A stretch of 64,000 bases of DNA from an uncultured cyanobacterium (GTDB taxonomy: Bacteria; Cyanobacteriota; Cyanobacteriia; CAKZMO01): the NCBI GenBank assembly GCA_963719515.1, contig CAVRCJ010000006.1, positions 256,001 through 320,000 on the forward strand. The letters run 5' to 3'. Below, one piece after another: positions 29,301 through 39,444 of this stretch. The notes beneath the pieces were generated by a model, which was not told where the DNA came from, did no database searches, and saw only the letters and a program-made list of their open reading frames with translations. Within the stretch, counting starts at the first letter, position 1. Every line of letters starts with the position of its first letter. The position numbers and the translations under genes were made by a program.

Positions 29301-31550
29301 ATGGCCAACTTGCTCCTGATTGAAAGCCCCGGCAAGCTGAAAAAGCTGGGGCAAATCCTCGGGCCCGACTGGGTTGTCAAAGCCAGTATGGGACATGTGC
29401 GAGAGCTCGCCAACGATGGTGAAGACGCCCTCGGGTTTGATCTAAGCGATCGCCAGCAGTCAGGCCGCAGCGGCGATCCCCTCATTCCCTGTCGCTATCA
29501 GCCCCGCGATGCCCGCTCTAAGAAGGTGCTCTCTGAGCTGCGGCAGGCGGTTAAAAGAGCCGACGCGGTATACATCGCCACCGACCCCGATCGCGAGGGA
29601 GAAACCATCGGCTGGCACCTGCAGCAGGCGCTGCACCTCAAAAATCCCCACCGGGTGGTGTACAGCGAGATTACCCCCCAAGCCGTGCGGGCGGCGATCG
29701 CGCGCCCCCGAGCTTTGGATCAAAACCTGGTGGCGGCGGGCCGCGCCCGCGACTGCCTGGATAAGCTGGTGGGCTATAAGGGAAGCCGGCACGTGGTGTG
29801 GCCTTTAAACAACGGCGCTAAGTCGATGGGCCGGGTTCAGAGCGCGGCACTGCACCTGCTCTGCCAGAGAGAGCGGGAAATTCAGGCGTTTGTGCCTCAG
29901 GACTACTGGAGCGTTTGGGTGAGGTATGAGGAGGGGTTTAAGGCGTTTTACCGCAGCAGCCCCAAGCCGAAGCGGAAGGCTAAGGGGGGAGAGGACTCTC
30001 AGGATAAAGAGGGCGATCGCGTCACCTCACAAGAGCGGGCTGACGCGCTGGTGGCGATCGCTCAATCCCATCCCCACCGAATCATTCACCTAGAGGCCAA
30101 GCAGACCAAACAGTCCCCGCCGCCCCCCTTCGTCACCTCTACCCTGCAGCAGGCGGCCGGTCCAAAGCTCCGCCTCAGCCCTGAGCAGACCATGAAGGTG
30201 GCCCAAGCGCTCTACGAAAAGGGCTACATCACCTATATGCGTACCGACTCTATTAGCCTAGCGGCCCCTTTCCGCCAGGCGGTGCGTCGCTATTTGCAGC
30301 AGCACGACCCCGATAATCTCCCTGCTAGAGCCGTCCAACATCGGAGCGTCAAGGGATCCCAAGAGGCTCACGAGGCGATTCGACCGACTGAGGTCGACCG
30401 TCTGCCTCAAGACCGGCGCGAGCTGTCCTCTGACGAGGCCAGTCTTTACGCCCTGATTTGGAACCGTGCTGTAGCCTCCCAATGCGCCCCTGCCCAGCTG
30501 AACAAAACCCGCGTCGTCACCCAGTCGGGAGAAGCCTACTGGGAAGCGCGAGGGCAGGTGGTGGCGTTTGCGGGCTATACCCGCTACTGGAATAATCTCA
30601 GCGCCGATGCAGTGCTGCCCGCCTTAATTCAAGGGCAGACCGTGACCCTACAGCAGGCCCAGGCCGACCCAAAGCAAACCCAGCCTCCACCGCGCTATAG
30701 CGAGCCCAAGCTAGTGAAGCTGATGGAGCAAAAGGGTATCGGTCGCCCTAGCACCTACGCCCCCACCATCAAAACCCTGCGGCAGCGGCAGTATGTGGCG
30801 CTGCAGAAAGGAAAGCTGACGCCGACGCCCTTAGGACTGTCGCTGGATACGGCCTTAGAAACCCTGCTGCCGGATCTGATTCAGCCGGAGTTCACCGCCC
30901 AGATGGAAGCCGCCTTAGACGCGATCGCTACTGGAGGGCAAGAGTGGCAGACCTACCTGACGGACTGGCACCAGCGCTACTTTGCCCCAGCCTTAGAGCG
31001 GGCGCGACAGCAGCTGCCTTCAGTGCTCTCTACGGGAATGCCGTCGAAGACGATTGACGGCGGCCCGCCAACAGGGCAGTCCCGTGATTCCCTTCAGCCC
31101 GAACGCCCGCCAACAGCGGCGCTCCCAGCCAAGTCATCGCGATCGCCCGCCTCAAAATCTCCCCAGCCCAAAGCGACGCCCTGTCCTACCTGCGGTGAGG
31201 CGATGAACAAAGTGCCTTCCCGCTCTAAAAAGCTCAAAGCCAAGCACTTTTTGCGCTGCTCCGGCACCTGCGGCACGGTGATGTTTTGGAATCCGAAAGC
31301 CGGCTATGAGCTACCCTATGCTCAGCGCAATGCCACTAACCCAGACAGTTTTACTGACCATCCCTGCCCCGTGTGCGGGGCGCTGCTAGAGCGATACGCC
31401 TACAAAAAGGAGGGGCAAGACAAGGTGATGCTGCGCTGCTCAATTCTTGACCACCGCCGGGAAAAGTGCAGCGAGGTGGCTTTTTTTCAGAGTCGCGGTG
31501 AGTTCTGGTCGCCTAAGTTTGGCACTCTGGCTGAAGGGAACAAGCGCTAG
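29301..31550 (+). CDS. topA: Type IA DNA topoisomerase with C-terminal Zn ribbons (probably an accessory copy)
   Basis: [19 protein letters not shown] toprim, [13 protein letters not shown] catalytic Tyr, [16 protein letters not shown]; CxxC motifs. Confidence 0.93.
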   Translation: MANLLLIESPGKLKKLGQILGPDWVVKASMGHVRELANDGEDALGFDLSDRQQSGRSGDPLIPCRYQPRDARSKKVLSELRQAVKRADAVYIATDPDREGETIGWHLQQALHLKNPHRVVYSEITPQAVRAAIARPRALDQNLVAAGRARDCLDKLVGYKGSRHVVWPLNNGAKSMGRVQSAALHLLCQREREIQAFVPQDYWSVWVRYEEGFKAFYRSSPKPKRKAKGGEDSQDKEGDRVTSQERADALVAIAQSHPHRIIHLEAKQTKQSPPPPFVTSTLQQAAGPKLRLSPEQTMKVAQALYEKGYITYMRTDSISLAAPFRQAVRRYLQQHDPDNLPARAVQHRSVKGSQEAHEAIRPTEVDRLPQDRRELSSDEASLYALIWNRAVASQCAPAQLNKTRVVTQSGEAYWEARGQVVAFAGYTRYWNNLSADAVLPALIQGQTVTLQQAQADPKQTQPPPRYSEPKLVKLMEQKGIGRPSTYAPTIKTLRQRQYVALQKGKLTPTPLGLSLDTALETLLPDLIQPEFTAQMEAALDAIATGGQEWQTYLTDWHQRYFAPALERARQQLPSVLSTGMPSKTIDGGPPTGQSRDSLQPERPPTAALPAKSSRSPASKSPQPKATPCPTCGEAMNKVPSRSKKLKAKHFLRCSGTCGTVMFWNPKAGYELPYAQRNATNPDSFTDHPCPVCGALLERYAYKKEGQDKVMLRCSILDHRREKCSEVAFFQSRGEFWSPKFGTLAEGNKR

Positions 31551-31951
31551 CTCAGTCGGTGACCCGTTCGACAGCGCTGCCGTCCCGCGTAGGTTCTAGC
31601 GCTAGAGCGGTGTAGGGCGACTTGGGGTCCATTCCGAATTGTTGACGGCCGAGGGGCTGATGACTGGTGGCACAGCCGTAAGCCGTAAGCCCAGCAAATA
31701 CTGGCGGACTACGTTGACGTAAGGTAGCAGGGCGGGGGCTTTAGCGAATCATAGCTGCCCATATCTAGGCTTGCTGTGCGGCTAGCTCTTGCCGAGAGTG
31801 CAAAGCTCAATTCACTTTTGCGTTCTGGTGCGATCACAAGCATGAACAGGCTCATGTCGTCAGGACTACTGTTGCCCTTGACGATTGCGCACTACAATGA
31901 TGACATTCTACCAAACGTGCAACGGTTACACCGGCAAGGGAAATCACCGCT

Positions 31952-32062
31952 ATGCGACAAAATATACTGGCCATACTCGTTGGCATCGGCCTGGGTCTTA
32001 GCGTTGGCCTTTTACTTACAGCGCCCCCCATTGTTTCAGCGACACCAGACCACACGCTGTAG
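31952..32062 (+). CDS. Small single-TM protein (36 aa), not in the ORF track: MRQNILAILVGIGLGLSVGLLLTAPPIVSATPDHTL
   Basis: AAGGGA RBS, ATG, hydrophobic helix, hairpin at about 32101-32134 downstream. Confidence 0.55.
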   Translation: MRQNILAILVGIGLGLSVGLLLTAPPIVSATPDHTL

Positions 32063-32457
32063 CCAGACCACACACTGTAGATAGTATTGCGGACTTTTGT
32101 AGCTAAATGAACCAGCTTAAGGATTTATTTAGCTTTTAAATGGGAAGTCTCGCCCTGTATGCAAAGCATCAGCGTCGGGATAAAAATCGCGTGAGTCGAA
32201 GTGCGCCCCCAATCTGATGCCAAAGGCAGGGATCAAGGGCAGTACCGAGACGAACAAATGCTAGAATTTCATTGCCAACGCGAATAAGCCGCCTACAGGG
32301 GCAACGCGGGTGGCGACCTTCTGTTCTGACGCAAACGTACAGCTATGGCTGGTGAACAGTGCAGCGAATAGGATACGTGAACTGAAAATGTCGCATATCC
32401 GCAGTGATTGGACGGTATTGTGTGTGAAGGATATAGCGCGGTACCGTTAGGGCAATC

Positions 32458-35400
32458 ATGACTAACTCCTCTTCTAACGATCGGCCTCCTCCTGAGGAGC
32501 GCCACGGCTCTATATGGCGTAAGGCTGGTGTGGCAGCAGCTGTTGTGGGCGGCGTTGCCGTTGTAGGAACAGGGGCCGCTGTCATTGCGGCCCGCTACTT
32601 CGTCTATGAGCGGCTTGCCCCAATTGTCGAGACGGCGCTGACCGACTCCCTTGATCGCCCCGTAGAGCTGGGGGAAGTGCAGCAGTTTAGCCTTACGGGA
32701 ATCACGTTTGACGGCGCGGAGGTCCCTACAACGGAGACCCAAAGCGACTATGCGATCGCTGAAACGGTGCAGGTCGGGCTCAACCCTATCCAGATTGTTA
32801 CCGATCTAATTCGCGATCGCGAAGTGCCCATTACGATAACCCTAATTAACCCCGAGCTGTTCTTGGTCGAGGAGGAAGACGGCTGGCTGCAGACGGAGCT
32901 CGGACAGGACGAAGACGACGAGGAAGGCCCGGTGTCGGTCGTTGTTGAAAAAGTGGTGGTGGACAACGCTACGGTCGTCGCCAATCCTAAGGGATCGCTA
33001 GACGCCAGCGCCAAGCTAGAAGCGAATGATCCCGATGAGGACGCCAATGACGTCGATGCCCGCACCGATATTGCCCCCGATACGGCTCCTGAGACAACCG
33101 ACCCCAGCAGCCCCGACCCCAGCCGGGAGGGCATTGTGCCCACGATTGAAACGGACGGAAAGCCCGACGTTCGCTTGGAGCCCGTGGTTCTTGAAGGCGT
33201 TGACGCCGTAGCGACGTTGCGTAACGAGTACAACAACATCAGCTTTGAGACCAGCGGCGGGCTCAAGAGCGGCGGTGAGTTTGATATTCAGGGAGAAGCA
33301 GATATCGAGGCGCAGCGCGTTAAGGCACTAGTCCGCAGCAGTGACGTATCGCTGCCGGTGTTGGCCGCGCTGCTGCCGCTGCCGTTGGCGCTAGAGCAAG
33401 GCGTACTCAACAGCAACGTCACGGTGGAGTACCGAGGCAGCGAAACCCAGCCGCCCATCAAGTCGCTCTACTTTCAGGGGACAGCTCAGCTCTCAGACGC
33501 TATAGCCCAGCTCAACGTCGCGCCCAAACCTATCGAAGACCTCAATACAAGGCTACGCTTTCAAGGGCAGGAAATTCGGCTCGAAGACACGAGCTTGAGC
33601 TACGGTCAGATTCCAGTGGAAGCAAGCGGCACCCTCGACCTCCAGGAGGGGTATGACCTTGTGGGTGAAGTGCCGGAGGTGACGCTAGCGGGGCTGCAGG
33701 AGACCCTGAACATTCCTATCCCTGTGGAGGTGGCAGGTGCGTTTCAGGCGGTAGCTCAGGTGACGGGACCGCTAGAGCAGCCGGCGGTGACCGGGGAGAT
33801 CAGCAACCGCGGCAAGATTGAGGTAGACCGCACCGCTGTTGATTTGGTGGAGGCAGCGTTTAAGTTTGAGCCTCCCTTACTCAGCGTGGATTCGTTCACC
33901 ATTCTGCCGACGGTAGGAGGAGAGATTACGGGAGAGGGCACGATTGACCTGGAGGCCGACGGCGGCGTTTTGGCCAGTATCGACGTGGTGCTCCCGGCAG
34001 ATGGACTAGCGCAAGACTATGGCTTCTCTTTGCCTGCCCCTTATCAAATTGGCTCTCTGGTGGCCGACTTAGAAGTGTTTGGTCCCTTCGATAATATTCA
34101 AGCGATCGCCCAGTGGCAGCTGCCTGAGGCCACCTATACCGGGCAGGGCGAAATTCGCTACGGGGACGGGGCCATCCGGCTGCAGGACACCCAGTTTCAG
34201 GTGGAAGGGGGCACGGTCACCGCTGACGGTATCGCACAGCTCGACCCGCAAATCTGGCAGGCCAACGTCGAGGCTTCCGGGATACAGACGGGGGACATTG
34301 CGCCCCAGCTCCAGGGCTTGCTCACCGCCGATGTGGCTCTGTCGGGGCGACTGGACAGCTTAGACTTAAAAGCCGTCAGCGCCCAAGGAACGGCCCGTCT
34401 CGACAATACTCAAATCCAGCCCATCAACGGGGTGGCGCTGGTAGACCCCGGTACCTATCAAACCGGCTTCCGCTGGACCGGAGATGGGCTTCAGGTCAGC
34501 GACTTTCAGGGCCCTAACCTGCGAGCAGAGGGGTTCGTTGGCCTAGACCCAGCGGCGCAGCCGGTAGTCACCGGCTTTAATCTTGACGTGGCCGCAGAAG
34601 ACTATGCCCTGGCGCGGCTCGATCCCTTTTTACCTGACGCCGTTCGCGCCCAGGCGCAGCTTCGCGGGCTGGCGAGTTTTGCAGGTCAGGTGAGCGGCAC
34701 CCTAGATGCCCCTCAGGTTGACGGAACCTTGGCCCTCGATGGCTTTGGGGTTAACCGGTTTACTTTTGCTAGCTTAGCTGGTCCAGTGCAGCTGGGCCTG
34801 GGACAAGGGGGCGCGATAGATCTGCAGGGGGGAGGCGATCGCATTGCGGCCACCGTCAGCGAAGCCTACATTCCTACAGACTTTGCGATTCGCAACGGCG
34901 AGATTTCCTTATTGGGGGAAACCCAAGGCGACATCCTGACGGCCCAGCTGCGCGACTTTCCGCTGCAGCTGCTGGACTACCAGCCCTTAGGGGAGCGGCA
35001 GGGGGCAGTGAGCGGTGTGGTTAACGCCAACGTGGAAGCCAACATCGCCACCCTCAGTAACCCCTCTGCCGTTGTCAGCTTAGCCGTAGCGCAGCCCAGC
35101 TTAGGCGCAGTGGTGGCGGACCAGTTTACCGGAGAGGTCACCTACCGGAACGGCGCCGTGGGCTTGGCCAACGGCGATCTGATTCAGGGGGAGAGTCTGT
35201 ACGCGCTAGAAGGCCGCCTAGCCCTGGATGGAGCGCAGCCCTTTGAGGCAAACGTGGCCGTGGAAAACGGGCGGCTAGAGACGGTGGTTGCTGCGGCGCG
35301 GCTGGTTTCTCCCGCAGGTGAGGATCCGGGCTCAGCTGCGCAACCCTATCGAGATGGCGACCTCGACGTGTCGGAGGTCGGACGCCCAGAGCAGCCGCTG

Positions 35401-37662
35401 CTGGAGCAGGCCCTTTACGCCGCCAAGCTTGCTTATCTCAATGGGCTGCTGAATCCGGAGGACCAAACCACAGCCCTGATTCCGCCCCTAGAAGAGCTGA
35501 ACGGCAGCTTTGATGCCCAATTGGACCTATCGGGTCAGCTCAGCAATATTTTTGAAGGGTTTAGGGCCGAGTTTGTCCTGGACGGGGAGAATTGGGACTG
35601 GGGGCAGTACGATCGCCCCAATGAAGTGGAGGTGGCGGGCCAGCTTGCGATAACAGACAGTATCGACGGCGCCACGCTCACCCTAGAGCCGCTTCGCTTC
35701 CAGTCAGAAGAGACCCTAGTGGCTTACAGCGGCAGCTTCGGGCTGGCCGGGGATCAATCAGGAGTGCTGCAGGTGGAGCAGGTGTCGGTGCCGCTGCTGC
35801 AGGACATCGCTGAGAATTTCGTCAACGTGCCCGTTGAGCTGGAGGGCACTCTCAACGCCCTAGTCGAGTTCGGCGGCAGTCTGGTTGCTCCCCAAGTGGA
35901 CGGCGAGGCGGCAATCGCCAATGCCCAAATCAACGGCAATTCTCTAGAAGAAGTGGCCACCACTTTCCGCTACGCCGACGCCCAGTTCGACGCCGACGCC
36001 CGCGTCGTCAATCAGGGACCTCAGCGGCTGTTAGCTGAAGCCAGCATCCCCTACGCGCTGCCCTTTATGACGGTGCAGCCTCAGACCAACCAGATTTCGG
36101 CGAAGGCGGCGCTGCAGGATGAGGCGCTAGGGCTGCTGGGGGTCGTGACCAACAATCAGCTTCAGTGGGAGGGCGGCAGCGGCCTAGTGCGGGTCGACGT
36201 TAGCGGCACCCTAGAAGAGCCGGTGGTGGCGGGGACGGCCCAATTCGAGGATGCCACCGTGGCTCTGCAGCTGATCAACGACCCGATTACGGACATCACC
36301 GGACGAGCCGCCTTTGACCTGCAGGAAGTACAGGTCAAAGACCTGCAGGCTAAGCTCAACGGCGGCGATATTCAGGTGAACGGGACGCTGCCGGTGCAGA
36401 CGCCATCTACAGACTCCGAGCTGGCGGTTAGCTTGACTGAGGTGCCGGTGGACCTAGATGTAGAGGCGATCGCCGGTCGCGAGGTGGGCTTTAGCGCCAC
36501 GGTCGATAGCCAGGCGATCGTCAGCGGCACGGCGCTGGACCCCGTTTTGGGCGGCCAGGTCCAGCTGCGGGATGGCCGGGTGGATGTGCTTAGTGGTCTC
36601 TTCAGTGGGTTTGGTTTGGGGTCTTCCGCGGCGGAAGCGTCCGCGGCGGAAGCATCGGCGGAAGACGGCGCTGCTGAGGACCCTCAAGAGCCCAACCTCA
36701 TCTTCGGCACTAGGCGAATCAGGCGGCTCTTTAGGAAGCCTGAGGCCGCCATCGCCAATGGGGCCTCCGCCCGCCGAACGCCTCCGCTCGCCAATATTTT
36801 TGGCAGCGACGCTGATTCTGACAGCCTCATTCGCTTCAACGATCTAGAAATCACGCTGGCCAACGATTTACAGGTCGCCGGAGGCTCTCTCTTCAACGTT
36901 GAGGCCGAGGGAAGCCTGATTTTGAACGGCGGCTTGGGTAATTTACGGCCCGATGGTGAACTCGATCTCGTCTCAGGGTGGGTAAACCTATATAGCGCCC
37001 AGTTCCGCTTAAACCGAGATGAGCCCAATCGCGTCGTTCTCACGCCCAACGAGGGTCTAGACCCACTGCTCCAGGTCAGCGCTGTTGCTGATATTCCCGA
37101 ACTGGAGCGCACCCCAGTCCCGCCGTCGTCTCCGTTTGCGGCATCTGAGGTGGCGGACCAGTCTGCCGTTCCGTCGTTTGGCGGTTTTGAGACGATCGAG
37201 GTCACCGCTCGCATCGACGGGCGGCTCAGTCAGCTGCAGCAAAATCTAGTGCTAGAGAGCCAGCCGCCCCGCACTGAGGACCAGCTCGTTGCGCTGATCG
37301 GCGGGGGATTGGTGAATCAATTTGCCCAGGGTGATGCTGCGGCAGGGCTGGCCAACTTCGTGGGTTCTGGCACCTTTGCCAACGTCAGCAATGAGATTGC
37401 TCAGACATTGGGGATCGATCTGTTTCGCATCTTCCCCGCCACCGATGTCGGCGACGAATCCAATTTGCCGATCAACGTGGGCGTTGAGGCCGGTGTCGAC
37501 ATCACTGATGATCTTTCAGTTACCATACTGCAGCTTTTGGGCAGCACAACGCCGCCCCAGGTGGGTCTGCGCTATCGCCTCACTGAAGAGTTTCAGATTC
37601 GGGCGAACACGGATTTAGATGAAGACACGCGGGGTATTTTGGAGTATCAGATTCGCTTCTAA
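32458..37662 (+). CDS. tamB: Translocation/assembly module TamB (DUF490/AsmA-like) protein
   Basis: N-terminal anchor, long beta-taco-type repeats, C-terminal DP.L...L.S.P....L..L and final RF. Confidence 0.88.
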   Translation: MTNSSSNDRPPPEERHGSIWRKAGVAAAVVGGVAVVGTGAAVIAARYFVYERLAPIVETALTDSLDRPVELGEVQQFSLTGITFDGAEVPTTETQSDYAIAETVQVGLNPIQIVTDLIRDREVPITITLINPELFLVEEEDGWLQTELGQDEDDEEGPVSVVVEKVVVDNATVVANPKGSLDASAKLEANDPDEDANDVDARTDIAPDTAPETTDPSSPDPSREGIVPTIETDGKPDVRLEPVVLEGVDAVATLRNEYNNISFETSGGLKSGGEFDIQGEADIEAQRVKALVRSSDVSLPVLAALLPLPLALEQGVLNSNVTVEYRGSETQPPIKSLYFQGTAQLSDAIAQLNVAPKPIEDLNTRLRFQGQEIRLEDTSLSYGQIPVEASGTLDLQEGYDLVGEVPEVTLAGLQETLNIPIPVEVAGAFQAVAQVTGPLEQPAVTGEISNRGKIEVDRTAVDLVEAAFKFEPPLLSVDSFTILPTVGGEITGEGTIDLEADGGVLASIDVVLPADGLAQDYGFSLPAPYQIGSLVADLEVFGPFDNIQAIAQWQLPEATYTGQGEIRYGDGAIRLQDTQFQVEGGTVTADGIAQLDPQIWQANVEASGIQTGDIAPQLQGLLTADVALSGRLDSLDLKAVSAQGTARLDNTQIQPINGVALVDPGTYQTGFRWTGDGLQVSDFQGPNLRAEGFVGLDPAAQPVVTGFNLDVAAEDYALARLDPFLPDAVRAQAQLRGLASFAGQVSGTLDAPQVDGTLALDGFGVNRFTFASLAGPVQLGLGQGGAIDLQGGGDRIAATVSEAYIPTDFAIRNGEISLLGETQGDILTAQLRDFPLQLLDYQPLGERQGAVSGVVNANVEANIATLSNPSAVVSLAVAQPSLGAVVADQFTGEVTYRNGAVGLANGDLIQGESLYALEGRLALDGAQPFEANVAVENGRLETVVAAARLVSPAGEDPGSAAQPYRDGDLDVSEVGRPEQPLLEQALYAAKLAYLNGLLNPEDQTTALIPPLEELNGSFDAQLDLSGQLSNIFEGFRAEFVLDGENWDWGQYDRPNEVEVAGQLAITDSIDGATLTLEPLRFQSEETLVAYSGSFGLAGDQSGVLQVEQVSVPLLQDIAENFVNVPVELEGTLNALVEFGGSLVAPQVDGEAAIANAQINGNSLEEVATTFRYADAQFDADARVVNQGPQRLLAEASIPYALPFMTVQPQTNQISAKAALQDEALGLLGVVTNNQLQWEGGSGLVRVDVSGTLEEPVVAGTAQFEDATVALQLINDPITDITGRAAFDLQEVQVKDLQAKLNGGDIQVNGTLPVQTPSTDSELAVSLTEVPVDLDVEAIAGREVGFSATVDSQAIVSGTALDPVLGGQVQLRDGRVDVLSGLFSGFGLGSSAAEASAAEASAEDGAAEDPQEPNLIFGTRRIRRLFRKPEAAIANGASARRTPPLANIFGSDADSDSLIRFNDLEITLANDLQVAGGSLFNVEAEGSLILNGGLGNLRPDGELDLVSGWVNLYSAQFRLNRDEPNRVVLTPNEGLDPLLQVSAVADIPELERTPVPPSSPFAASEVADQSAVPSFGGFETIEVTARIDGRLSQLQQNLVLESQPPRTEDQLVALIGGGLVNQFAQGDAAAGLANFVGSGTFANVSNEIAQTLGIDLFRIFPATDVGDESNLPINVGVEAGVDITDDLSVTILQLLGSTTPPQVGLRYRLTEEFQIRANTDLDEDTRGILEYQIRF

Positions 37663-37776
37663 CGGGACGTGCCGCGCCTACAAAAGTAATCCTCCAATCT
37701 CAGTTGCAAGAGTGCTTTCCATCCGACTAGGCTGTAATGGCCCTCCAACCTTGCACCACCCGCCGCCCCAATCACT

Positions 37777-38190
37777 ATGAGCGCCTATCAAACTACGCTG
37801 CGTATCTCCACCGCCGGTAAAACCCTGTGTGGCATCACATCCCAGGTACAGTCCGCCGTCAAAGACTCCGGCATTGAAACCGGCATTTGCCATCTATTTT
37901 TGCGCCACACCTCCGCCAGCCTGCTCATCCAAGAAAACGCCGACCCCGACGTTTTGATAGATATGGAACATTTCTTCGCCAAGCTCGTGCCCGAAGGCGA
38001 TCGCTACATCCACAGCGCCGAAGGCCCGGACGACATGCCCGCCCACATCCGCACCGCCCTTACCCACACCTCAGAGCATATTCCCATTGCCCGCAATCGG
38101 CTGCTGTTGGGAACCTGGCAGGGCATTTACCTATGGGAGCACAGGCGGCGATCGCATCACCGGGAGCTCGTGGTTCATATTCTGGGCTAG
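37777..38190 (+). CDS. yjbQ: YjbQ family protein (secondary thiamine-phosphate synthase, UPF0047)
   Basis: HTSASL..QENADP, EGPDDMPAH and LGTWQGIYLWE motifs. Confidence 0.92.
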   Translation: MSAYQTTLRISTAGKTLCGITSQVQSAVKDSGIETGICHLFLRHTSASLLIQENADPDVLIDMEHFFAKLVPEGDRYIHSAEGPDDMPAHIRTALTHTSEHIPIARNRLLLGTWQGIYLWEHRRRSHHRELVVHILG

Positions 38191-38191
38191 G

Positions 38192-38243
38192 TCACGGGCC
38201 AGGCTCACGGGCCAGGCTCACAGGCCAAGAATCACGGGCCAAA
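38192..38243 (+). repeat. 13 bp degenerate tandem repeat x4
   Basis: TCACGGGCCAGGC units right after the yjbQ stop. Confidence 0.8.
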
Positions 38244-38283
38244 CGGCCACTCCCTTCTGCTCGGCAACCCCGTACTCAACATT

Positions 38284-39444
38284 ATGCACTCTACCATCCA
38301 TCAAATTCCCTTGGCCACAATGGCCTCAGGCGACAGCGTTTTCCTTCAGGCCTATCAGTTCCGGGGAGCGAAGAGCGGGAAAAAAGCTTACATTCAGTCC
38401 AACCTCCACGGCGCTGAAATTGTGGGCAACGCCGTCATCTACGAGCTAATTCAGTTTCTTCAGGGTTTGGATCCAGGACAAATTTCCGGAGAGATTTGGC
38501 TCGTGCCGGTGTGCAACCCCCTAGGGACCAACCAGCGATCGCACCACTTTTCCTCCGGGCGGTTCAACCCCTACGATGGCTCCGACTGGAACCGCATTTT
38601 TTGGGACTACGCAGACCATATCGATGACGCCGATCTCGACATTGGCGAGAACCGCGATCGCCTCAACGAATTTGCCCAAGCTCATCTCAAAACCCAGACC
38701 TCAAACATTCAGCAGCAGTATCGCCAGCGCATCTACGCCGCCTTTTCAAAGCAAAAAGACGCCATCAATTCTCCGATGGGCGTTCCCTTCCGGGAGCAGT
38801 ACCGCTATCAGCTGCAGTCTTTGTGCCTCGACGCCGATTATCTAATTGATATCCATTCCTCCTCCAACCAAGGAATTAACTACCTCTACTACTTCTCCGG
38901 CAGGGAGGAGAGCGCCAGGCTGTTTTTGCTGCCCGCCGGCATTCTGCTGGACCGCTACGACGGGGATGCGTTTGACGAGGCCTTTATGAAGCCGTGGCTC
39001 TCTCTAGAAGAGTGCTTCGCCGACTGTGGGCGAGAGATTCGCTTTGACGTTGAGGCCTGGACCCTGGAGTTGGGAACGGGGCTGCGAATTTTACCAGACT
39101 CGGTAGCCAAAGGCATGCGCGGCATCAAAAACTACCTTACCCACAAAGGAATTCTCTCCCTACCCAACTTTCCGGTCGACGCCCTGTCCTACCACGACGT
39201 CCGGTTCACCGCTACAAGCAAGCTTGCCCGCTACTACGCCCCCCAGGGCGGCATGGTGCAGCCCATTGTTTCTTTAGGCGCTGTGGTGGAGGTGGGCCAG
39301 CCCCTATACCGGCTGCTGTCCTTCGATAAGCGTCAGCCCGAGCCTCAAGCTCAGGTCATCCACGCTGAGCAAGACGGGCTGATTTTTGACATGGCCATAA
39401 ATCAGGCCGCGAATCAGGGGGAGTACGTGTTAGGAATTTTGTAG
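38284..39444 (+). CDS. Succinylglutamate desuccinylase/aspartoacylase (M14) family protein
   Basis: HGAE, NPLG, DWNR, IDIHS and TLELG motifs. Confidence 0.88.
   Translation: MHSTIHQIPLATMASGDSVFLQAYQFRGAKSGKKAYIQSNLHGAEIVGNAVIYELIQFLQGLDPGQISGEIWLVPVCNPLGTNQRSHHFSSGRFNPYDGSDWNRIFWDYADHIDDADLDIGENRDRLNEFAQAHLKTQTSNIQQQYRQRIYAAFSKQKDAINSPMGVPFREQYRYQLQSLCLDADYLIDIHSSSNQGINYLYYFSGREESARLFLLPAGILLDRYDGDAFDEAFMKPWLSLEECFADCGREIRFDVEAWTLELGTGLRILPDSVAKGMRGIKNYLTHKGILSLPNFPVDALSYHDVRFTATSKLARYYAPQGGMVQPIVSLGAVVEVGQPLYRLLSFDKRQPEPQAQVIHAEQDGLIFDMAINQAANQGEYVLGIL

Noticed and set aside
31776..32084. 102 aa ORF and the many other short antisense or overlapping ORFs in the track
   Set aside because: No recognisable motifs; they shadow better-supported genes in GC-rich DNA.
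39430..39444. Convergent 15 nt overlap of the M14 peptidase and glycosyltransferase genes
   Set aside because: Short tail-to-tail overlaps are common and imply nothing by themselves.
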